From contig CALWPK010000001.1 in NCBI GenBank assembly GCA_944383415.1, positions 11,261 to 75,260 of the forward strand: a stretch of DNA of 64,000 bases, read 5' to 3'. Both the position numbers and the translations under genes were made by a program. Shown here in pieces: positions 39,401-51,400 of this stretch (its first letter is position 1; the number at the start of each line of letters is the position of its first letter). Source of the stretch: an uncultured Clostridia bacterium. GTDB taxonomy: Bacteria; Bacillota; Clostridia; Christensenellales; UBA1242. The notes beneath the pieces were generated by a model. The model was not told where the DNA came from, did no database searches, and saw only the letters and a list, made by a program, of their open reading frames with translations.

Positions 39401-42400
39401 AGAAGTAATGCTCAAATTGCTACTACCACTTCCCGCAATAGTATAATATCCTACGAGTCCTGCGTATGCGTTGATATAAGAAGTCGTAGAAGTGTCTTCT
39501 ATCGCACGATTTTCGCTACCAGATATGTTTACCTCAGTGATCGCATCGATTGTCGAGAGTTGACTGCCCTCAAGTCCACCAATTGCTCCACCAAAATAAT
39601 TGTTCGCGTTCGAATTGTCTAGATTGATATTGAATGTAATTCGCCTATAATTTGTCTCATAAGCATAATGACCTACTGTGATCGAAGCAATTGATGTGTT
39701 GCTAGCATATCCCACTGCTCCGCCGATATACGCATTTGCCCCATTTGCAATGTTCAGATTGAACACTGTTCTTTCAATTGCGTTGGTAGTGTTCGTATTA
39801 TCAATACCGACCGTTGAATTCATAATGGTCATATTGACTTCTTCATCTTCATTTTCAGGATTTTCCAATATGTCAGATTCTGCCACAAGTCCACCGAAAT
39901 GTATGCTAGAATTTGTCCCCATTGATGACAGCGTCACATCCACACGACCTGAGAATGTACAATTCAATATATTGCTATTCGTCGCACGGCCTACTATTCC
40001 TCCAAAGCCCGCGATTGTGCCATTGTTTGAATTGAATAGGCTGGTCTCTCTACCCGTGTTCGTACTAGAATTTTCATTTGTCACGCGCACGGTTAGATTG
40101 CTGAACAACGATCCGTTATCTAGTGCCGACACTCCGCCGAATGTGTCAATCGTGTTGCCAAGTATGACAGAACTAGACACATCTGCAACATTCATCTCGT
40201 TTATATTGGAACCCCATTCAAATGTGATGTTGCGCAATGTGGCTTCGCTCGTTGACCTAAATAGTCCTGCGTCTTCTGCATTCATCGGATTCAAGAATAG
40301 GTTGTATAAAATTGGAATAGAGTCGTCCTCTTTCTGTCCTATCAATACGCCTGTGAATTCAATATCGAATATGAAGTTGGAATTGTTCCTTGCACACCAT
40401 TCTGTCATGTCAATGTCATTCACTATCATGAAACTGCCATCTGGATCGTTGACGAGTTGATAGAAATCATCCGCCGTCTCTATAATGGTGTAATTCTCTA
40501 CCTCTTCATTGAGTAGAAGAGGGAAATATCTCTCCGCATTCAATGTCCAATATCTAGTATCCCAGCCAGAGAAAATGTTGTTGAATGTAGATACTTGCTC
40601 AACATTATCTTCGCTCGTATCATACAAGAGTTTGATCTCTTCATCGCTGGCGCGCGCTTCGTTTGAGTGTTTAACGATAGATTCGCCCCCGTCTGTGATG
40701 CTATCATAAGCCCCGACACGCCCTGCGAAAACATACAGTAGCGCACTGCCATTATTACTCGTTAGATATCCTGTGCTGTTTCCATCGAACTGACCATAAT
40801 CAGCACATATATAGTCGAAGTTGATATAATCTTGTGTAACAGTATTCTTCGTCGTAATATCGTTGACATCCATCAAAATCGTAGAGAATGTGAACTGAAT
40901 ATCTGTATTCTTATTCGTCTCGCCCATTATCAAAGTCAAATAATTGATATATTCGCTGACCTCTTCATTCCTATCTACCACACCACTTCTAGAACCATAA
41001 GCCGATCCTATCAATCCGCCCACTTTCATGAGATACGTGTCGTCCACATTCACATAAGGCACTGCGTACGAATAGATGATGTTCGCACCAATGGATACTC
41101 CTATAAGTCCTCCGATGGTGGATCCCACTTTGAATCCCGCCTTGCTATAGCACGAATCTAATCTAGAACTTATTGATATACCTATCAATCCGCCACCGTA
41201 GCCATAGGTTTCAAGCAAATTCAAATTGCCTGTTTTTGTCGTGTCTAGCACTGCTTCTTCGCCATTTTCAAGATCTAGAATATACTCACCCAATTTGGTA
41301 TCATAGACGAATTGCTCATCTTCCTCTGCCGTCACTTGAGACGCCGTGATGTCTCCACTGCTGACTGCAAATATTCCTCCGACCGCGTATTGTCCGCGAA
41401 TAAGATTCGTCTGACCTACGAAATATTTGAGTCTTAGGCTCGTGGTTTCTCGCCCTGCATAGCCTGCTATACCGCCTGCGTAATCGGCGAGGATGTTGGC
41501 GTCTATCTCTCGCTTGTCATACATTTCATTGCCGTAGACATTGATATATGACAAATTGAAATCGACATATTGTCTAGTGTCTAGATCAATTACGCCAGCG
41601 ATACCGCCCGCAAAGGACAATCTGGTCAGATAATCTGCATAACTGCCTGTATAATTGATCGCACCGAAAGCACGCATCGTGTTGAAATCTTGCTCGCTAT
41701 AGTAGTTGTAATAATGATTCGTGTCAGTGTTGACTGCCTTTACGCTCAGATTCGAATCTATACCGTAGATCAAACTTGAACCAGTGATCATACCTGCTAG
41801 ACCACCTGCGAAATTCTGTCCACTGATAGTCGTATTCGATCCGTTGAGGTCGATATTGATAATGACGCTATTGTCTATCCTACCCGCAAGTCCGCCCGAA
41901 TAAATTGCGCTCAACGAACTGAATTGCCCGTCCGTTTCGGCAGTTGTAGCAAATTCAAGGTTCAAATTCTTCACATACGAATTGACCACCTGAGCAAATA
42001 GACCAATAGACTTTTCTTCCGCATTGCCGACATCTAGATATATACCGCTGATGGTCATACCGTTGCCCTCAATGCTAGTGATAGAGTTGTTGTTTTCATC
42101 TCCTAGTGTGAAGTTTACACGCGTCTTGATCGCCGTTTCGTCACTTGCGAAATCAATATCGTTGATGAATCGCACGTATCCAGTCATACTGTCTAGGGTG
42201 TCCCCGCTGAGCATTATCTCATTGTATTCTTCAACACTGCGTATGATATTTGGATTATTCACACTGCCTGGCAGATATGACACGGCATTTGAATAGTAAT
42301 AAACAGAATTTTCTTGTCTTAGCAAATATCTATATGAATGTGCTATTTGATTGGCATTGGTGAGTTCTGGCAAAATTCTAAACGAATTGTTTTGATTGTA

Positions 42401-45400
42401 ATATGACCATACTCCCTGATTCCTTTCGGTGCGTGAATTGCTTGCGATGAACACAAAGCCGTTCAGATTGTCCGAAACGTTGAAACTATCTTGATTGAGC
42501 CCTGTAGCCTGATCTTTTCCTGACTCTGTCTTGACGATGAACGAATTGTTTTCATCTATCAAATAATAAGTGTTTTCAAGTCTGCCAAACGATAGCAATT
42601 CGTCACTGCTACTAACTCCCACAAACGGTTGCTCTGAGGCGTCATTTGCAGTAAACACACCATTCAGAGTGCTAGCCGAATAACTCTCGCTGATCACTCC
42701 ACTAGATTGATTGTTGTACACAAATCCAGCGACATACGCAGATGTCGAGGTCAATACTGTATTCGCAAATGAATTGTTGATATTACCCGAATTGAGGTAT
42801 ACAAATCCTGCCACGTTGCCGTTGGTAGGTGAATAGATTTCTACACCTGTAGAGTACGGATTCGTCTCACTGATGGTGCTCTCTAGTGCTTTCACATAAC
42901 TAAACGATATATCGCCCGAGTTCTCTCCTACAAAACCTGCTGTGATGCTATAACTATCTCCCGTTCCTTCTGGGGCAGTTGAATAGTTCGTAAGCCCGGT
43001 GTTGACCACATACGATGAGGCGATCGTGCCCATATTTTTTCCAACAAACCCTGCCGTGATTCCGACAAAGCCCTGTCCAGACTGAGAGATCGATGAATTG
43101 TTGCCGATGACGAATTGGAGTGGACTTCCGCCTTGTTGAACCGAAGTTTCGCTATTCTCATTCGCCGTGATTTTTGTATATCCTAGTCTGCCTACGCGTG
43201 AGTTTGTGATGATGCCAGTGTTGCGTCCTACGAGTCCGCCGAACACAATCTCTACATCGCTATCATTGTCCAACAATATGTTTATAGTCTTGGTAGATGT
43301 GCCTAGATTCAGCACGTCACAGTTGTAGATCAAGCCGTTGTTGACCGCCACCAAGCCACCGAATGTGACAGAGGTGATGTCATTGTTCGTAAGATTCAGA
43401 CTCGTGTCAAATTCGCTATAATCTACTATTACATTTTTCAATATCGTAGTCTGAGTGACATCATAAATGTCTTGATATGTGCCAATATTGGCGAACAGTC
43501 CATACTCACTCCTATCTACACTGACTGCGAAACTTCTGATTTTGATCACCTTGTTGTTGCCATCTAGACTGGCGATATCTACATCAATAGGAACGAAATT
43601 TTCTAGCACTATATCGTTCATCAAAATATAGTCCGCGTCCTCACCCAAAATACACTCGCCAGTGTCTGGATTGAAGATGTCGTCAACTGAATAAATTGGA
43701 ATGGCATTTTCCTCTGTCGTGCTAGCGTAAATATTCAATGTGAAACTGAATTCCAAAGTTTGATTAAGTGAATTGCTAGACATTGTGCCGAATTTCAATA
43801 CATACTGACCATTTTCCAATACGTAGCCATAATGTACGCTAAATTCGACCGTCCTATAGAATGCATCTTGCCCTGTGATAGTGAGTCTACCGTTCACAAT
43901 ATTGATAGAGAATTCTGGATGCGACTCTGCTGGATCGCTGAATTGAACTATCTCGCCATTTGAATTCATATACATAAACAAACTTGCTAGATTGTCAACG
44001 CCAATGTCTTGCAAAAGTTTGTTGTAAACGCTATCTGACAAATCATTGTTTGGATTGTTGGTTTCGAATGAAAGGTTGATTGAAGAAGATCTATTATATG
44101 CTATATTTAGACTGCCATTCGTCAGATTCGATGCAAATACCGAATTCAATATATAATCCACAGGATAGAATATCAAACTATCCTCCTGCTCGCTAGTGAT
44201 CAAAGATTCTGACGTTGCCAAAGTGAGAGTGGCGTTCATCTCGAACCCTGCTGGAATGTTCGGTGCAACATTTAGCAAAATCGTCATAGAGTAAGAGCCG
44301 TCCGAATTCTGAGTCACCTGATCGAAATTGTCTAGGAATCTATAACTTACATAGTCTAAGATATTATAGTTATTGCCGTGATTGTCTATTACAACATTTC
44401 TATTATCCTCATAATAAACTTGCCCTAATACGAATGAAGAATCTTCATCACACTTTTGATAAATTCCATTGTCTAGCGTATACAAAGACAATTTTCTCTC
44501 TTCAAAATTCGTTTCGTTCACGTCTGTAGCCAGTCTCTTATCATAAGTATAGTTTGTGTCACCATCATTCAATTTCCATACAAAATTCACTCTTGGATTG
44601 CTATTGAACTGATAACCATAGATACGAATATTTACTTCGTTGTTGTATGTGTCTTTTTGGATCAAATATTCGTCTGTTCCTACGCTGATTCCGTCATAAC
44701 TAAGTGTAGCGCCTGGCAAATATTCAGTGATGAGCGTTTTCGTCTGCTCAATTGTCTTTCCATCATTTGTATTCACCGTAAGTTTTGCCTCAATAGTGCC
44801 GGTCATCCCCACGAATCTATCCATCTGAGTATGAATGTATATTATTCCATTATAAGAATAATTTCCACTTCTATCCACGCTGGATACGAGTCTCAATTTT
44901 ATTCCACCATTGACTGTTTCGTTGTTTGGATACACCGTTTCATAGTCACCGTTCTCGTTCTTGACGAGTTGTTCGAATATGATTGAGACATTCCTTCCTA
45001 GCGATGGAATGTATAATGTTGAACTCGTAAGGGTCGCGGAAAGAATATTAGAGTAACTAGGCTCTAAATATACCATCATAACGCCACCATATCCACCTGG
45101 AGAGATGATTGAAGTCTCAGTTGCGTTACTTTCTATTAATGATGTGTAATTTGTGATAGTTGTGACATTTGTGGCTGTGTAGTTTTCTATACGAACTGTG
45201 GATAGTTCCGTAGGTCTGAAAGTGATCAATACACTATCCGTAATGGTCGTATTGTTTGCCCCATATACAGTCAATCTGAACTCTATATTTGAAGTGATGT
45301 ATCTGAATTCAAATTGATCTTTTAGACTCATTTCTATCGAATATTGATATCCTTGAACTTCACCATTTCCGATGGTCAGCAAGGAGTAATAGATGTCAAA

Positions 45401-48400
45401 GTCAAACAATTCTACGATATAATCTACACCAGCATTTTCTAATAGATCCTCTAGTTCGTCCTGCCCTGAAATCACGTCCATTGTAAGATTGATGCTGTCT
45501 TTGTTTTCTTCACGTAGCATTACAGTATTATTCACGGTATAATCAGGAGCAAAACCGCTCTCTTCTTCGCCTACATATCCAGTATATAGTTTTACGCCCA
45601 AATTGATATTTGCGCTCGTTTCTACCGAATTGTCTCCATCATCAATCTCTATATTTGTGGCAGTTTTGTATATGACAACTCTTAGATTTGAACTAGCCAA
45701 TTCAAGATATTGATCCACTCCTTCCACTTGAGGATAGAATTGTTCGCCAAAATATTCGGTTAGATTCAACCTAAGAGTGAAGGTGATCATCTCTGTAGTC
45801 AAATTACCATCAAAATTGTCGTCTTCTACCTGAACCATAATGCCGTTGGTCGAATTCGCATTCACTATGTTCAAAATTGAATTTCCGCTATTCGAAACAG
45901 CCTCAACTTGCAGATAGTTGTTTATGCCAGCATCTAGAATTGATGCAAATTCCTGCCCTTGATAGATATTCTCTGCCATAATGCTCACCAGAGTCGGATT
46001 GGCTCCCGTATGAGTATACAATTCAAAGTCCACACCATCTTCATCGACCGAATATATCGAATTCGATGTCAGCATCAAATCGCTGAGTCCGAGTTGTGTG
46101 AAGAATACAACATATTCCTCCAATTCATCATTAAATATCGAATAACATCTAACGATTATAGGATTGGCACCACTCACGCCAGTGAATACGATTTGATTTT
46201 GTGCATTGATATAAGCATAAGCCGATCCTCGCACTATCTCGAATCTCACGCCTCCTTGTGCATTCGATGGAATGACGTTTAGATCAACTAGCCCATTCGG
46301 TGTATTACCATCCGATGCTGTGTTGACTATATTGTACCTATTGTATGTTTCATTATTCAAAGGATTGTTCACATCGCTATGATAGTTGACTATGGTCGTG
46401 CTACTCACCGCATATTCATTGATTGAATAATCTTTGTCTACGAAAGAAGAATTGATTTCGATGACATAATTTGCATTGATACTCGCCTGAATTTCTGTAG
46501 GGCGTTCTATCATTAGAATGTTGCCCTGATCGTCAAGTAGATATGGGAAATAAAAATTCATTCCATATATTGACACGAAATTACGCTCTGAACTAATAGC
46601 CCATTGATTCGAATCTGCACCTATCCACGTCAAAACTGTACTTTCCCAGATGTTGTCGCTTGATTTCCAAGCGAGTTCATAATAGGTAGTATTTATATTA
46701 ATGTTAGAATTATCGTTCTTGATATAATCACTATTCTCATCTAGTGTATAATAATCTCTAATATTGACATTTTCTATTGAATAATATGTGACATTAGGAT
46801 TGAAATTAAAATCTGTGAGTGCAAGCAAATACCCCTCGCTATTTGCGACATACAGACTCGCTCTATTGTTCTGCCACAAATTGTTGTCAAATAGATAGTA
46901 TGTAGCGTTTTCGTCAAACAATGCGTCACTTGCGACACGAGAATATACGCCATCAGTTGAAATGTATAGATATTCTCTTTGGCTATCAAATTCTTCGCTC
47001 GTGATATCGGTTTCTTGCAAAAATTGTTGCGTTGAATATAATTCTTCTCTATTTATGACTCTCACATCGAAATACTGAGACAGATCTAATTCGTTCGGAG
47101 TATTTGCATTGAAATCTATGATTGAATTATCAGTATAAACGACATAGTAGCCTGCATTTGTGTCACGAGAATAGATATTGCTTTGGATCATATCAATATT
47201 GTTCACTCTGCCCAAGAAATACACATTGAATTCGTTTGCATTCGACGTCAATATGATTGTTTTAAGATCTGATATAGTATCCAAATTCGTATCGATATTT
47301 GCCGACACAAATGAATTGCTTAGCGTCGTGTTTGAAGCGGTGTATATTAGCCCCGCCACATTATTTCGTGTGCTATACAGCATATAGAAAGTCTCTTCAG
47401 CACCACTAGAGGTCGTCGTATTTGAAATGAAACTTTCTACACTGGCGAATGTGATGGTATCTCTTTCAGAATCTGCAACGATACCTGCCACATTTCCCTG
47501 ACCTGAGATCACACCATAAGAAGTCAGTCCTTGATCAAAACTCACTTTTGATGCCAGTACGCGAACGTCCGTGATCATAGAACCTATAGACTGCCCGACG
47601 ATTCCCGCAACTGCCAGATATGAATTGTCTGCATATAGATCCAATCCCAACACTGCTACCGTTTCAATTCCCTTCACGCTGACAGAAGACCCTGCATTAT
47701 CATCAGAATATCCTGCAATACCTGCCACGAATCCTGAGATTTCACGCATATTTGCGACATTTTTATTGTCTGTGACACGAATGAAACCGCCTGAAATTAA
47801 ATTGTGGATATATCCACCTAAGTTGTATCCTACGACCGAACCCATATATAATGTCGGAGTGTTTGTTGCGGAATTGATCAGGACAATATTCGCAATGACT
47901 GAATAGTCCACGTTATTCAAACTATTTTTGCCCAAGTATGCTCCATAAATTTCGCCCAAATTTTTACCCGCAACCATACCGATATTGTGCTGAACTGCAG
48001 TATTGGTATAAATTGAAATTTGCGAGTCTGCATTCACGATAGATGAGGTGAGATCAATATAGCCCGAATTTATTCCCACCACTCCACCAAAATTGATTGG
48101 TGTAGATATTTTGTCCGTAGCGAAATAGATATTGTCTTGACTGCCTCCAAGTAGTGTCACATTGACATCTCGAATCATCCCGCCCTCATTCGCTCCTGCT
48201 ATCGCTCCGATATTCAATTCTCCACCAGCGGTAGAAGTGAAATTTGATAGGTCAAAATTTACGTCAATATCCAGATCTGATATCACAGCCTCTGAACCAA
48301 GTCGCGTGAACAAGCCGGCGTATACGCTATTGTTTGTGTTCAACACATAGTTTTTCAAATTTAATGTGATTTTGTATCTTGTCGTCACTATTTCATTGTC

Positions 48401-51400
48401 TGAATTGAGATTTTCCACCGTGCCAGTAAGTGTGCCGTTGAAGGCATTTTCTCCACCGATAGGTGCTACTGAAACAGTTTGACCGTCTATCACGATATCT
48501 CCAACTGTAATATTGTTGCGCAACACATAGTCTGCATCCAAATTGTTGTTGATATTATATAGATCTTCTATGTCATTAATGATATATTTGTTCTGTGGTG
48601 TACCATCGCTAATTGATATGAATAAGGAGCGTGTGGTGGTATATGCTTGAATTGTAGGATCGTACGAATCTAGACTCGCCAGTTCCAATCTGAACAAACC
48701 GCCACCCAATGTCTGTGAGGCACGTATTGTGACCAGATGTGTATCAGGATTAATAGTAATATTGAGTCTATTTGAAGTGACAGCGTCCTCAAGTGCTTGA
48801 CCATTTTCGTCTCTAACTATATTCCCATCTTCATCTTGACGTATTTGATATAAGTTATAAGTCAAGTCTCCGCGCCTTAGTCCTGTGGCAATATTTGATT
48901 CATAATAAGGTGTAGCAGTAAACTCTGCTGATGTATTTCCGTTCTCAGGTACGTCTATAAATGACATATACACATAATAACTATCCACACCATTTTGAAC
49001 AATGCTATTGCCAGATAATGAGATTCCTGCCACAGGTTCGTGCTCTGCAAATTCGATCGTTGCAGAGATCGCGGTGTTCGATTCTACGCCGAATCTCAAT
49101 GCTGTCAAACTGATAGTCAAACTATTGTAATCGCTCACTCCGTTCAATTTCACTCTCAAAGTGCCCGCCAATATGTTTTCCGAACCTATCTTCAATATGC
49201 TTTCATCTGTTATTGCGACCTCTTCACCATCTTCATTGACTAGATAGATCTCTATAGTGTTATCGATTTCTAGATCTCGATTGATCTCAAGTCTGAGTTG
49301 CGATGCGTCTGTCTTCACGATCTCTGTGCCATCAGGACCGCTAAATACCACGCTATTTGAAGCGGCTGAATAGTTTGAAGCGTAAGAAGCAAAGGTTATT
49401 TCGCTAGTTGACGCACTCTCATAATACTCATTGATGTAGACGATTTCATCCGCTGAGATTGTCCTATATATCTCAGAGATAGGGTCATACACCGCAATAT
49501 CTGCAAATATGATTTGATTCGTGAGCAGTATTATATCGTTTATCTTTGCATAATAACTGACATTAATGGTCAAGACTGTAGTTTTTGCGCCTATTTGACC
49601 TGTCAGACTGAATTCGTTGGTATCCAATTTGTTGTAACTCAATGCTGAGGTGCTGAAATTGTTGTTCCCACCATAATTTGAGTCAAAATCAGCATTTGCG
49701 TCGATTGTAAAATTGACTATACCCGTATCGTTCAAGACCGATCCGCCCTGCACTCTTGCTAAAATGCTAAATTCGACCAATTGATTCTTCGCTACAGCGA
49801 AATTGAAATGCCCATTATCGATATCGTCAAATGTAGTGACATTCCTGCTTGACGACTGAACTGATATACTATCCTCTTGCAACAAATATACGCTATTGAC
49901 GGCAAATCCTGTATCTACTCCTACACTACCTTCGCCTGCGCTGACTGTGATATTGGCAGTTTCTAGCGCTGAAGTGTTCAAGAATGACACGCGGAATAAA
50001 TCATATTTAGCATTGGCATCTGTCTGTGCTATTTGCAATCGTTCAACCGTTGGGTCGTTCAACAAAATTGAAGTTGAATTGTTTTCGAACCTGATTAAAG
50101 GATTGTCGCTTTGCAAACGAATGGACGATGTTTCAAGAGTGGTGCCAGTATAGTAGACTTTCACATAAGCATCTGTCGAGTTTGTTGCGTCAATATTCAA
50201 AACGCTATTAGTTATAGGTGCTGTCTGACTCTCATCTGCATATATCTCAATGCTGTCTGCAGTGACCACTTTCCTCAACCTATACGAAATCTCCACAAAT
50301 CGCTGGGAGATTACTTGATTTTCAAACATAGTTGGAGTCACCTGCGTACTGAAAGTGATGATTTGATCGGCATCTACGTTTGCTCTGATACTGATATAAA
50401 TGGTGCTACCACTCTTCAGCACATAAGTATTTGAGCCGAGATTTTCAACCTCACCAGTGATTATCACATTTTCATTGCCTGTGATATATATATCTGTATT
50501 TTGATTGGCATTTGCAGGCACGGCGAGCAATGTCAGACTCAATCCTTGATATGCAGTACTATTCGAACTATATATTATACCTTCCATACTGCCCTTAGAA
50601 TCAATCAATTCGGGCAACACATCGTTTATTGAAATGTTTTCAGGCAATACACTTTTGTTTATCACGATCTCTCGCGAATAATTGGGAGCATTTGATGCCG
50701 AAAAATCTAAATCATTCAATTCATAAGTAATCTTAACCGTGTTGGTAGGATAACTATCGCTAGTGGAGGTCAGTCTGATTTGAGTATTGCTTTCGTTTAA
50801 TCTTTCGACTAGCAATCCATTGATGACCTGAGAAGTCGATAGGTCTACAAGTTTTCCATCCACATAAACACATATTTCATAATTCACTTGATCGTTTTGA
50901 TTGATGGTATTGATCGGAGTTTTGTATACGCTTATCAGTTCTTGCGTGTCAATCGTTAAACTCGTCGAAGCATAATTTTCGTTTTCATTATATAATGTAA
51001 GACTATGTTCCAATTCCTCTTGAGTCGGATCGCTTGAATAGTAAACAGATGGTACAAAATCTTGTTCCTCTACCAAATATACATCAAATTCTGCTGTGAT
51101 ATTAGGGTTGTGTTTTGAAGTGGCAGACACACGAACAATATGTTCGTTAGCATTGATTGTGAGGTTTGAATTGACTGTCAATACGCCATTCTCACTAATG
51201 GATATATATTGCAATGCATACGTGTCGTTTCTCACTAAAATAAATTCGTTTTGACCGTCTTGATTTGTTTGATTTGAATAATAACCTATACCTAAAATTT
51301 GATAGTCTACACCAGTTTGATTCGTAAGAGTGTTTCCGTTCTGCATTGGCAAATAATATAGATTTTTAAGGCTCATCAAACTAATCATATCTCCCACTTT

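Noticed and set aside
39678-40460. 260-aa plus-strand ORF, and many other 60-180-aa plus-strand ORFs between 31916 and 50434, antisense to the giant gene
   Set aside because: They lie entirely inside the 7,158-codon minus-strand ORF. They have no SD or promoter. Their low-complexity S/P/T/F/I-rich translations are what the reverse complement of G/N/S/T/I-rich repeat codons yields. They are compositional artefacts.
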